A stretch of 64,000 bases of DNA from Phycisphaerales bacterium (GCA_020427635.1 JAGQOH010000001.1:26155-90154); one strand, 5' to 3'; shown: positions 29,516-38,220, counted from the stretch's first letter. Numbers and translations: made by a program. Notes: generated by a model not told the origin, from the sequence alone.

Positions 29516-30139
29516 TTAGGCATGATCGCCGCGGCATGACTTGCCGTATGCAGTGGGGCTCGTTCCGACCATTCGCTTGAAGTGCAGCCTGAGGAGTTGG
29601 GCGTCCGCGAATCCCGATGACCTTGCGACCGTGTCGATATCGGTGCTGCCGGACTCCAGGATCATCTGGGCATGGCGCACCCGTTCGTGGGTGAGCCACC
29701 GGTGCGGCGTCGTGCCGGTCACGGCCTTGAACCGACGAGCGAACGTCCGCGAAGACATGTGCATGCGACGTGCGAGCGACTCGACGGTGTGCCGGCGGGT
29801 GAGATCGCGGCGAACATCATTGAGAAGCGCGTTCAGCTTCGCGTCGTCAGGCGCCGCGTCGATCGGAACATCAATGAACTGCTGCTGCCCGCCGTCGCGG
29901 TGTGGCGGGATGACCGGTCGCCTCGCCACAGCGTTGGCAATGCTCGCTCCGCAGTCACGTCTGATGAGGTGGAGGCCGAGGTCAAGCCCCGCGGCGCTCC
30001 CAGCCGAAGTGAGCACGTTGCCCTCGTCCACGTACAGCACATCCGGGTCAATGGTCAGCGTCGGGTAGGCCGCGGCGAGCTCGTCGGCGAATGCGTTGCC
30101 AACAGCGTCTTGAACAGCCGTGCGGCGTTCCGGACATGT
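29516..30139 (-). pseudogene. GlxA-type AraC-family regulator, 5'-truncated
   Basis: Has the HTH_AraC C-terminus and only the tail of the DJ-1/PfpI domain (..AAAYPTLTIDPDVLYVDEGNVLTSAGSAAGLDL..). An in-frame stop at 30140-30142 leaves no room for the missing ~100 N-terminal residues. Confidence 0.6.
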
Positions 30140-30166
30140 TCAAGTCGAGCCCGTGGCTGCGGCCGA

Positions 30167-30230
30167 TAGTTTGGAGTCCAAATATTTTTTGCCGACTGCC
30201 TTGACTCTTGGTAGTTTGGACTCCAAAATA
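30167..30230. promoter_or_regulatory. duplicated near-palindromic operator TAGTTTGGA(G/C)TCCAAA(A)TA upstream of marR-like gene
   Basis: tagtttggagtccaaata at 30167-30184 and tagtttggactccaaaata at 30212-30230, flanking an AT-rich spacer. The second copy ends 5 nt before the ATG at 30236. Confidence 0.6.
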
Positions 30231-30235
30231 GATGC

Positions 30236-30955
30236 ATGAACGGACCGGAGTCCTTGCGACAGGCATCCCAGAACACCGCGGATAACACCGCCTCCCAGGT
30301 CGCCACTGGGCTGGCCAAGCTGGCGCTGGTCTTCCGCCACGAGGCCTGGCAGGCGACGGGCGAGCACGGGCTCACGCCCACACAAGCGCAGATCCTCGCG
30401 GTCGTCGCAGGAGCGGCCTCGCCGATCGGGCTCTCGGGTGTCGCCGAGCAACTCGCGATCACAGCGGGCACTGCGAGCGCCGCGGTCTCCACGCTTGTTG
30501 AGAAGAGACTGGTCGCCAAGAAGCGGTCGAAGGAGGACGCCCGGGCGATCCAACTCACCCTGACCGCGAAGGGGAAGCGAATCGCGGCATCTGCAGCGGA
30601 GTGGCCCGAGACGGTTCTCGCCGCCGCTGCTTGTCTTCCCGACCGTGAGCAAGCCGGGCTCGTCCGTGGGCTCATGGCTCTTATCCGCGAGCTGCAGGAG
30701 CGTGGCTCGGTGCCGACCGCTCGCATGTGCGTGGGCTGCCGTTACTTCCGGCCGAACGAATACCCGGGCGAGGCCAAGTCGCACCACTGTGCATACATCG
30801 ACGCCCCGATCGGCGACAGCGACCTGCGGGTCGACTGCGCCGAGATGGAGCCCGCGTCCGCCGATCTCGCGCCGCGCTTGTGGACCCTGCTCATCGATGG
30901 CAAGCGTCCGGAGCCGAGTGGGTCGCGCGACGCTGCGGTCTCATCAGGGGCATAA
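30236..30955 (+). CDS. MarR-family regulator with Cys-rich C-terminal extension
   Basis: Winged-helix MarR core (LTPTQAQILAVV...LVEKRLVAKKRSKEDARAIQLTLTAKG) plus the C-terminal CVGC-x17-C-x15-C. Confidence 0.75.
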   Translation: MNGPESLRQASQNTADNTASQVATGLAKLALVFRHEAWQATGEHGLTPTQAQILAVVAGAASPIGLSGVAEQLAITAGTASAAVSTLVEKRLVAKKRSKEDARAIQLTLTAKGKRIAASAAEWPETVLAAAACLPDREQAGLVRGLMALIRELQERGSVPTARMCVGCRYFRPNEYPGEAKSHHCAYIDAPIGDSDLRVDCAEMEPASADLAPRLWTLLIDGKRPEPSGSRDAAVSSGA

Positions 30956-30988
30956 CCAGACCACTCTGCGCCATAAGGAGATAACAGC

Positions 30989-31693
30989 ATGCACCACCGA
31001 AACCAGATTCTGAACCTCACCGCAGCCGCATTGGCTGGCTCTCTGCTTGCGGGATGCGCGACCACCGAGTCAACATCGAGCGGGCACTCGTCCTGGGGCT
31101 CCAGCTACAGAGCAGTCCAGGGGACCGAACAGCCAGCACGCAACGCCGGATTCCGGGCGGCATCCGAGGCGGAGTTCGAGCTGCTCAAGAAGTCGGTGCT
31201 GTTCACCGACGACGACGTGCGGTACCTCCGCTTGTCGCGGGCTGTGCTCGAACCGAACGTCGATGAACTCCTCGACGTCTGGTACGGGTTCGTCGGCTCC
31301 AACGAACACCTCGTGTATTACTTCTCGCACCCGACGACAAAGCAGCCTGACGGCGAGTACCTCGACCGCGTTCGGGGCCGGTTCCGCGAGTGGGTGCTCA
31401 CGACCGCGGACGCGGACTTCGACCAGGATTGGTTGAACCACCAGCTCGAGATCGGGCTGAGGCACCACCGCTTGAAGAAGAACCGCACCGACGGTGTCGA
31501 GGCCGTCGACCACATCCCGATGCGCTACGTCATCGCGCTGCACTACCCGATCACGACGACGCTCAAGCCGTTTCTCGCGCGGGGTGGGCACAGCGACAAG
31601 GACGTGCAAGGGATGTACGAGGCGTGGCGTAAGGCGGTGCTGATGACCGCCATCCTGTGGAGCCAGCCGTACGTCGAGCCTGGAGATTTCTGA
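30989..31693 (+). CDS. protoglobin-domain protein with lipoprotein signal peptide
   Basis: aaggag SD. Lipobox LLAGC. Then a globin-sensor-like pattern (FTDDDVRYLRLSRAVLEPNVDELLDVWYGFV...LEIGLRHHRL...). Confidence 0.65.
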   Translation: MHHRNQILNLTAAALAGSLLAGCATTESTSSGHSSWGSSYRAVQGTEQPARNAGFRAASEAEFELLKKSVLFTDDDVRYLRLSRAVLEPNVDELLDVWYGFVGSNEHLVYYFSHPTTKQPDGEYLDRVRGRFREWVLTTADADFDQDWLNHQLEIGLRHHRLKKNRTDGVEAVDHIPMRYVIALHYPITTTLKPFLARGGHSDKDVQGMYEAWRKAVLMTAILWSQPYVEPGDF

Positions 31694-31769
31694 TCTGATC
31701 GTCTGATCCCGAGAGGCGACATGGTGTCGCCTCGATTCACCGCCACACAACCCATTAACGGAGTTGAAC

Positions 31770-32009
31770 ATGTCGACGAAAGCTGTTTTCTATCATGCCG
31801 GATGCCCCGTCTGCGTCGATGCCGAGCGAACCGTAGCGGAAGGCCTCGACCGGGACCGGTTCAATGTCGAGATCGTGCATCTCGGTGATCAAGCGGGCCG
31901 TATCGCTGAGGCGGAAAGCTCCGGCGTGAAGTCGGTCCCGGCCCTCGTGATCGACGGCCAAGCGTTCCACATCAACCACGGCGCAGATCTCTCGGCGCTG
32001 AAAGGGTAG
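31770..32009 (+). CDS. thioredoxin-fold protein (CPVC, glutaredoxin-like)
   Basis: MSTKAVFYHAGCPVCVDAE...VPALVIDGQ. ATG at 31770 (the track start at 31764 is TTG). Confidence 0.6.
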   Translation: MSTKAVFYHAGCPVCVDAERTVAEGLDRDRFNVEIVHLGDQAGRIAEAESSGVKSVPALVIDGQAFHINHGADLSALKG

Positions 32010-32170
32010 TCGAATTTAACTCAGCGGCGAGTCGGCCGGTCACCCTTCGGTCGCAGGCCTGTTGGAAGAACGGAGCTCGAGAGGTTCAGGGGCGGTGGAT
32101 TCACTGCGCCCAACAGAAAGCTTCAGCCTCGAGATAATACGATCAGCGTTTCTGGCTTCCAGAGGCAGAT

Positions 32171-32214
32171 CTGGGTCGCAAAAAGTTCAACTGGAGTTCT
32201 GTCACCCCGACTAG
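32171..32214 (+). repeat. degenerate third copy of the tRNA-Pro att repeat
   Basis: ctgggtcgcaaaaagttcaactggagttctgtcaccccgactag aligns with the 42-bp repeat with indels. 32199-32214 is an exact 16-nt match to 16632-16647, including the ctag flank. Confidence 0.55.
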
Positions 32215-32231
32215 CTTGAGATTCGTGATTG

Positions 32232-32267
32232 AAAAAAGAGCCCTTCGGCGAGCGCGCCGAAGGGCTT
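32232..32267 (-). terminator. rho-independent terminator of PEP-CTERM gene
   Basis: Minus strand reads agcccttcggcg-cgct-cgccgaagggct followed by cttttttc. Lies ~70 nt after the stop at 32335. Confidence 0.7.
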
Positions 32268-32334
32268 TGCTATTGCGAGGATGGGTTCGCGCCGAGACAC
32301 GGCTGCGCCGACCTTCGTCGGTTGGTTTGCACCG

Positions 32335-33075
32335 CTACCTGCGCCGTCTGCCCCTGCAGCCAGCGACGAGGAAGGCGACCGACGGGAGCGCCAACGCACC
32401 AGGGGCAGGAACGAGAGCAAACGAGTCGAGGAATCCCGATTGTCCGCCCGGGATCTGTGAATCCTGACCGTTGACCATCACGGCTGTCACCGTGAGCGTA
32501 TCCCCGACCGATACGCCCGGAAGGGTGATCGAGAACAGCGTGCCGCCCGGGTTCCCCGAGGCCGCGCCGCCGAGGTTCCCGTCCGGGATCGCAGCGGTGA
32601 GCAGGTCGACCAACACCGATGGGCTCCCGATGCCGTTGGACGACAGCGACACGAACCACTGCCCAGCGATAAAGTTCGTCTCCCGCCCGGCGGCGAACAT
32701 CAGGGTGTAGTCGCCGTTTGCCGGGGCCATGACCGACTGCGTGAGCGATGCCTGTGCAAGAGGCTCGCCCGAGCCGCCCTGATTCCCTTCGAATGAACGG
32801 AACCAGATCCCGGTGCCGGTTCCGGGCGGCTCGGTGCCGCCGACACCGGTGTTCTGCGCGTTCGCGAACCCGGTCTGGAACTGGGCACCCAAGTTGAACC
32901 CGTCCGGCGTGTTCGCAGTCAGGCTCCATGCGGAGTTGCTGCTAAGGCCGCCCGATGTTGCCATCGAGAAGTTCCCGTCGTCGAGAAGGTTGGCCGGACC
33001 CGCGAGCGTCGTTGGCGACATTGTCGCCGACGCGACCAGGCCGAGCAGCCCGAGCCGCACATTCAAATATGTCAT
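32335..33075 (-). CDS. PEP-CTERM-anchored secreted protein
   Basis: ORF 32335..33447. ATG at 33075 gives a signal peptide (MTYLNVRLGLLGLVASA). C-terminal VPAPGALALPSVAFLVAGCRGRRRR. Confidence 0.8.
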   Translation of the reverse strand: MTYLNVRLGLLGLVASATMSPTTLAGPANLLDDGNFSMATSGGLSSNSAWSLTANTPDGFNLGAQFQTGFANAQNTGVGGTEPPGTGTGIWFRSFEGNQGGSGEPLAQASLTQSVMAPANGDYTLMFAAGRETNFIAGQWFVSLSSNGIGSPSVLVDLLTAAIPDGNLGGAASGNPGGTLFSITLPGVSVGDTLTVTAVMVNGQDSQIPGGQSGFLDSFALVPAPGALALPSVAFLVAGCRGRRRR

Positions 33076-33395
33076 TGAAAAACTCCCTGATTCTCGAGTC
33101 TCGCGATCGGCTGTGCTGGCGATCGTGCGGGACACTCCTGATTTGTGCTCGCTCACTCTACCCGCGCCTCGGGGCATCCAAAAATCAAACTGTCGTCTTC
33201 TCACCTCATTTTCGACACCCCAATCTCTCCCCATCTCCCCCATTTTCCTCTCCCTGCCTTCCTTCGCTCTGGCCCCTCGCTTGCCAACCACCACCGGCCA
33301 AAGGCGGAGACCACTTTGCGCAAGCTGTCCCCAGTCCTGCCCACACCGCGAACTCAGAGTCGGCGTCTCCAGTTTCCAGAGGCCGACCTGAGTCG

Positions 33396-33420
33396 AAAAA
33401 AGGAGGACCGGTGTCCTTTC
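33396..33420 (-). terminator. hairpin plus T6 on minus strand in long leader region
   Basis: Minus strand reads aggac-accg-gtcct followed by ccttttttcg. No obvious upstream minus-strand gene ends nearby. Confidence 0.35.
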
Positions 33421-33538
33421 ACGCGGACCCGCTCGAAGCTTGTGCATAAGAAGAAGAGATCTTCGGCGAGTGCGTCGAAGGACTTTCTCATTTCAGGCCT
33501 GGGTGTTTGGTCGTGGGCGTGCGTCGGAGGCGTCATCA

Positions 33539-33997
33539 ATGCTGGACGGGAAGACAATTCGCTCGGCTGGGGAGAGCGTGCTGTGCTGGCTTGCGACTTG
33601 TTCTGCGGCGGGGGAGCCGAATGTTTCCCCCAAAGAGATCTTTGCGGTCTTCAATGGCGATTCGATTGTCATTGCGAATATCGCATCACCAAGGTCGGCA
33701 CGAAACATCCGCGAGCATGGGCGTGCGTGCGTGAGCTTCGTGAATGTGTTCACGCAGCGCGGCTATCAGATTCGGGGCGCTGCTCAAGAACTCCGCGCCG
33801 GCGACGATGGGTTCGCCGAGATTGAAGCGGTGCTGCTTGGCATGACCCAAGGCCAGTTCCCGTTCAAGTCGGTATTCCGGGTGATAGCGCAAGAGGTGAG
33901 CGAGATCATCGCGCCGCGGTACCGGCTGTATCCGGAGACGACAGAGCAGGAGCAGATCGAAAGCGCGATGATCAGTTACGGGGTTCGCCCGAGGTGA
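33539..33997 (+). CDS. pyridoxamine 5'-phosphate oxidase-family (split-barrel flavin-binding) protein
   Basis: ORF 33440..33997, ATG at 33539. Pattern LATCSAAGEPNVSPKE...IANIASPRSARNIREHGRACVSFVNVF. Confidence 0.6.
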   Translation: MLDGKTIRSAGESVLCWLATCSAAGEPNVSPKEIFAVFNGDSIVIANIASPRSARNIREHGRACVSFVNVFTQRGYQIRGAAQELRAGDDGFAEIEAVLLGMTQGQFPFKSVFRVIAQEVSEIIAPRYRLYPETTEQEQIESAMISYGVRPR

Positions 33998-34358
33998 CCG
34001 GCCCCTGGCCAGCCGCGGACTTGTAGCTCTCCTTGAGCCACTTCTTCCAAAGTCGGCTCGGCATCGGTTGTTCCGTCGAGAATCGGGCGGTGACCCAGCC
34101 ATTCTTGCCGACCTGCACGTCTTTGGGAGCTTCGTCGGCCATGTCCTGCGCCTCTCCCAGCGATTGGTCGAGCTTGAACATTGCTTTGAAACGCCCGCCC
34201 TGCTCGCCGACATAGAAAAAGGCTTTGCCTTTCACCTTGAAAGCTGATTGCGAGCACGAAGTGCCTTCGTCGACACTCTGCATCGCACGCGCGGTGTCGC
34301 GCATCAAATCACTTGGATTGCTCAATCGTTTGGCCACAGGTCCCTCGCGGTTTCCCAT
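33972..34358 (-). CDS. MmcQ/YjbR-family protein
   Basis: SAFKVKGKAFFYVG...GKNGWVTARF...WLKESYK matches the YjbR pattern. Confidence 0.55.
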   Translation of the reverse strand: MGNREGPVAKRLSNPSDLMRDTARAMQSVDEGTSCSQSAFKVKGKAFFYVGEQGGRFKAMFKLDQSLGEAQDMADEAPKDVQVGKNGWVTARFSTEQPMPSRLWKKWLKESYKSAAGQGPVTSGEPRN

Positions 34359-34505
34359 TGTATCGGGGGGGCACGACCCTCTTTGGAATGTGGGTGCCGT
34401 GGTTGCGGGGTTCTTGGCCGGCGAGGCGCAGCAAAGAAAAACGCCGCCCTTCGGAACAAGAGGACGGCGCGTCTCAGGGTATCTAAAGCCTGCTTCGGCT
34501 TGTCT

Positions 34506-35096
34506 TCAGCGACGACGACGGCGCAAGGCGCCAACGCCGCAGAGGCCCGCGAGGGACACGGCGCCTGGGGTCGGCACGACCCGCCATTGACCGATCAGGG
34601 TTGCGCCATTGGCAATGTCATCGGCAGTGTCAGCGGGAAAGTAGAGGTCGCCACTGGTGTTGCCTGCCAGCATGTCGGAATACTCCGATGCACTGAGCGA
34701 CCATGTGCCCGAGCCAACGAATGCCAGCGAGCCGGCGGTGAAAGTGACTGTGGAATCCGACGAGAAGCTCCAGATGTTCAGTCCAGGGTCCGCGCCCGCG
34801 ATGCCTCGAAGCAGGCGGGGGCTTAGGTCAGAGGGATTCTCGGCGTTGGTGAGGTCGCCACTCATAAGCGCGTTGGTGAGCGCCCCACCTGCGACGCCAT
34901 AGAAATTCTCAAGGTAGACGCCGGTTGTGTCGCTGCCGGCAACGGTTGCCGAAGACAGGCCGCTGGTTGCGGTGATCGTGACTTGGTTGGTGATGGTGAG
35001 ATCGACGATGAGCAGGTCTTCAGCGTTGGCTGCTGCCGCCAATGTTGCAACTGAAACCGCGGCGCAAAGCGCTCCCTTTGCTGGGGTGATGGGCAT
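34506..35096 (-). CDS. PEP-CTERM-anchored secreted protein
   Basis: ORF 34506..35519. ATG at 35096 gives a signal peptide (MPITPAKGALCAAVSVATLAAAANA). C-terminal VPTPGAVSLAGLCGVGALRRRRR. Confidence 0.8.
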   Translation of the reverse strand: MPITPAKGALCAAVSVATLAAAANAEDLLIVDLTITNQVTITATSGLSSATVAGSDTTGVYLENFYGVAGGALTNALMSGDLTNAENPSDLSPRLLRGIAGADPGLNIWSFSSDSTVTFTAGSLAFVGSGTWSLSASEYSDMLAGNTSGDLYFPADTADDIANGATLIGQWRVVPTPGAVSLAGLCGVGALRRRRR

Positions 35097-35314
35097 TGCC
35101 TTGTTCTCCTCTTGGATCTGACTCGCGAGCAATTTGTGCATGGCGACGCCCAGTCGCGAGACCGTGCGGCGCACAGGTGAAGCTACACCGACAATTGCCC
35201 AGGTCCAACGAGAAGTCCGGCAGTTTGGGGGAGCCCGGTGTTCCGATCGCGGGATCGGGAGGGTTGGCCCATTCCGACGTCCGATAACAGCTCCACCGGG
35301 GCGATGCACGCGGT

Positions 35315-36370
35315 TTATGCGGGAATCGAAGCGTCCTGCACGCAGGCGACCATCTCCGAGACGATTCGGTCGAGCGTGTATTCCTGCGTCCACTGCGGGT
35401 AGTGGCTGCGGAACTTTGCCATGTTCGTGTAGTAGCAGATGTGGTCGCCAATTCTGTTGGTGGGGTCGTAGGTCGTTCGTGGGCGCTTGCCGGTGTGTGT
35501 CGCGATGCGTTCGATGCATTCGAGCAAGCTGGCGGCGTTGTGCTTGCCGCCGCCAAGGTTGTAGACCTCGCCCGGGCGCGGCGCCTGTGCGAACGCCCAG
35601 AAGGCGCTAATGACATCGTGACAGTGGATCTGGTCGCGCACTTGCTTGCCCTTGTATCCAAAGATGGTGTAGGGGCCCTCCTGGAGCGCGGTCGCGACGA
35701 GATAGTTCAAGAAGCCGTGCAGTTCGACGCCGGCGTGTTGCGGCCCGGTGAGGCAGCCGCCACGGAAGATGCCGGTCTTTAGGCCAAAGTAGCGCCCGTA
35801 CTCCTGCGCGAGCAGATCGCCTGCGGTCTTGGAGACGCCAAACAGTGAGTGCGTCGAATTGTCGATGGAGAGCGTTTCGTCGATGCCGTTGGAAAATGCT
35901 GGATCGGCGTAGTCGTAGCGCGTTTCGAGCTCGACCAACGGCAGGGTGTTGGGCTTGTCTCCATAGACTTTGTTTGTCGAGACATGGATGAAGACTGCAT
36001 CCGGGCGGTGAATTCGGCACGCTTCGAGCAGGTTGAGTGTGGCAAGCGCATTGACCTCGAAGTCATCGAAGACGCGCTTGGCGGCGAGATCGTGGCTGGG
36101 CTGAGCCGCGGCGTGGATCACGAGGTCAAATGGCGTGTTCCTGAAGAGGCGGGCGACCGCATCGCGGTCTCGGATGTCGAGGTTGCGATGCGTGAAGCGA
36201 GGGCAGGTTGATTCGAGGCGAGCGCGGTTGGCGCTCGTGTCCCCCTTGGGGCCAAAGAAGTCGGCGCGCATGTTGTTGTCAACACCCAGCACATCGAAGC
36301 CCATGGCGTCGAAGAAAGTGACGGCTTCGGAGCCGATGAGTCCAGAAGAGCCGGTGACGAGCGTCAGCAT
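35315..36370 (-). CDS. NAD-dependent sugar epimerase/dehydratase (extended SDR, CDP-paratose-2-epimerase-like)
   Basis: ATG at 36370. Motifs LVTGSSGLIGSE and STNKVYGD; the Y-x3-K is presumably within SKTAGDLL. Confidence 0.8.
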   Translation of the reverse strand: MLTLVTGSSGLIGSEAVTFFDAMGFDVLGVDNNMRADFFGPKGDTSANRARLESTCPRFTHRNLDIRDRDAVARLFRNTPFDLVIHAAAQPSHDLAAKRVFDDFEVNALATLNLLEACRIHRPDAVFIHVSTNKVYGDKPNTLPLVELETRYDYADPAFSNGIDETLSIDNSTHSLFGVSKTAGDLLAQEYGRYFGLKTGIFRGGCLTGPQHAGVELHGFLNYLVATALQEGPYTIFGYKGKQVRDQIHCHDVISAFWAFAQAPRPGEVYNLGGGKHNAASLLECIERIATHTGKRPRTTYDPTNRIGDHICYYTNMAKFRSHYPQWTQEYTLDRIVSEMVACVQDASIPA

Positions 36371-36408
36371 GAGCACACATCCTGCATGAGTGGGGGAGTG
36401 AACATGAA

Positions 36409-37128
36409 TCACGGAGTCCAATTGGGCGCCCAGGGGAAGCCGGCGCCGTTGGCACGGAGTTCATCGATGAGCGAGCGATGCGCGAAGAATGCGTCGACCG
36501 AGTACAGCTCTTCGCTGTCATGACGCCAGAAGTCGCCAATGTCGACGAGGAGGAAGTCCATCGGGCGCAGGGCGTCGATGAGCTCGTGCAGGAGTGGCGT
36601 CTCGCCGCCGTAGCCGCGGCGCAGCCATGTTTCCAAGTGCAGGATGCGCGCGTGGGCGAAAGTGTTGCGTCCGCCCTCCAAGACGCGCAGCTCGCCGCCT
36701 TGGACATCGACCTTGATGACGTCGGGAGGCGGCAGTTCGAGCTCGTGTGCGTAATCGTCGAGTCGGCGCACGGGCACTTCCACCTTCTCGCTGGCGGGCA
36801 CGTTCTTGGTGAGCAGGGAGCTGCCAAAACCGTTGGGCTCGTTCCAGAAGTCGGCCTGACCGTTCAAGTTGCTCAATGCAACGCGATGCATTCGGAGCCC
36901 CGGGTGCAACCCAAGGTGGTGGGCGAGTACTTCGTCGTAGTCCGCGCGCTGGCCCGAAAGCGGCTCGAACATTTCAAAGCGAGCATCAGGGAAGTAGTCT
37001 GCCATGATGCTCGACCATGTCCCGTTCGACGCACCAATGTCGTAGAAACAGGCAGGGTCGAATTTGAGCTTTGAGAGGCGTCGGAAAAACAGCCTTTCAC
37101 TTTGTGCGAAGCTGGTGGCGGTGAGCAT
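36409..37128 (-). CDS. FkbM-family methyltransferase
   Basis: FYDIGASNGTWS...FEMFEPL...IKVDVQGGELRVLEG pattern. Confidence 0.75.
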   Translation of the reverse strand: MLTATSFAQSERLFFRRLSKLKFDPACFYDIGASNGTWSSIMADYFPDARFEMFEPLSGQRADYDEVLAHHLGLHPGLRMHRVALSNLNGQADFWNEPNGFGSSLLTKNVPASEKVEVPVRRLDDYAHELELPPPDVIKVDVQGGELRVLEGGRNTFAHARILHLETWLRRGYGGETPLLHELIDALRPMDFLLVDIGDFWRHDSEELYSVDAFFAHRSLIDELRANGAGFPWAPNWTP

Positions 37129-37137
37129 GATTTTGTC

Positions 37138-38220
37138 TCAACGGGCTGCGGCCGTGGCGGCGCGCCGAGGGTTTGACGATTCAGGACGTGAATAGAGCGG
37201 CAGGACAGTGACACCCGCGTCGCGCAGTGGCTGAGCGGATTGCCAGAGTGCGGCTTCGTGGGCGTCGGATGACAGCACAACAACATCGACGCCCATGGCG
37301 ATCGCCTGTTGTTGCGAGACGATTGGGCGATTGCCAAGCTGTGTGCCTTGAGCGCGCGGGTTGTCGTCGACGATTGCGAGCACTGGAAGCGGGAACTCTG
37401 CAAAGTGATCAGCGATGCGCCGCGAATGTTGGCCAGCGCCAAAGATGGCAGCGCGCTGGTGACCCTTTGCGGCGGCTTGCTCGAGCGCTCGTGTTACGCG
37501 GCCGCGCGGCGAGAGGTCAGGAATGTCGCTGCGCGCGCGGAGCGCCTGCAGCACATCGACACGCAGCCAGAGCGCATCGGCATAGGAGCTCTGCTCCTCT
37601 TTGCCCTTGGCCCACACCTCGTGGATTTGGTGCAATGCAAAGCCATGTTCGGCGAGGAAGCGGTCAACCTGCGAAAAGGTCGCGCAGCCCTCGTACTCCG
37701 GGGCGAACTGGCATTCGCAGTTGAGTCCCTTGAGAGCGGCGTGCAGCAGTTCTGTGGCGCCTTTGAGCACTTCCAGGTCGTAGCCCTGGGCGTCAACTTT
37801 GAGGAAGTCGACCGTGTCGATGCCGTGCGCCTTGGCCCAGGCGTCGAGGGTCGTGACCTCAACCTGCACAGTTTCGCGTGTTTCGTACCAGTCGCCGTAG
37901 TAGCGCTTCCCGAGTTCGCTGGGCGGTAGGATCGACGAGCACCAGTCGTTCTGCGTGACGTGGAACTCGGTTGTGCCGCAGGCGCTCCCGCATGCGAGGC
38001 GGTAGGGTCGGATGCGCGGGTCGGCTTCCGCGCGGGCGAGGAGCTTGGCAAAGGGGCCGGGCGAGGGTTCGAAGGCGTGGATGGTGGCGTTCGGGAACTC
38101 ATCGAGCATGCGCTGCGCGGTGAGGCCTTCGTTCGCGCCGACATCGACCATCACCAGGGGGGCGTCTCGGTCGATGCAGCGGGTCATCGATGCGTAGGCG
38201 TCGTACCCAAACAGTCGCAT
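37138..38220 (-). CDS. FkbM-family methyltransferase fused to C-terminal Rossmann-like module
   Basis: ATG at 38220. VDVGANEGL...HAFEPSP...LKVDAQGYDLEVLKG, then AAIFGAGQHSRR...LAIVDDNP...VVVLSSDAHEAAL...VTVLPLY. Confidence 0.75.
   Translation of the reverse strand: MRLFGYDAYASMTRCIDRDAPLVMVDVGANEGLTAQRMLDEFPNATIHAFEPSPGPFAKLLARAEADPRIRPYRLACGSACGTTEFHVTQNDWCSSILPPSELGKRYYGDWYETRETVQVEVTTLDAWAKAHGIDTVDFLKVDAQGYDLEVLKGATELLHAALKGLNCECQFAPEYEGCATFSQVDRFLAEHGFALHQIHEVWAKGKEEQSSYADALWLRVDVLQALRARSDIPDLSPRGRVTRALEQAAAKGHQRAAIFGAGQHSRRIADHFAEFPLPVLAIVDDNPRAQGTQLGNRPIVSQQQAIAMGVDVVVLSSDAHEAALWQSAQPLRDAGVTVLPLYSRPESSNPRRAATAAAR

Larger units (their letters stand above)
29396..32214. mobile_element. 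possible fossil tandem island (no integrase left)
   Basis: Bounded by attR of the intact island and a degenerate third att copy. Contains a truncated regulator gene and accessory genes. Confidence 0.35.

Noticed and set aside
30055-30787. Minus-strand ORFs 30055..30726 and 30140..30787 overlapping the MarR gene.
   Set aside because: Junk-like translations. The plus strand encodes a recognisable MarR winged-helix protein with its own operator and start context.
33399-33449. Mini-ORF (GTG at 33411, 12 codons, MSFHADPLEACA) preceded by a perfect AAGGAGG, as a possible leader peptide for the downstream PNPOx-family gene.
   Set aside because: The AAGGAGG is also part of the stem of the minus-strand terminator hairpin. 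There is no amino-acid bias suggestive of attenuation and no way to test conservation here, so it is too speculative to call.
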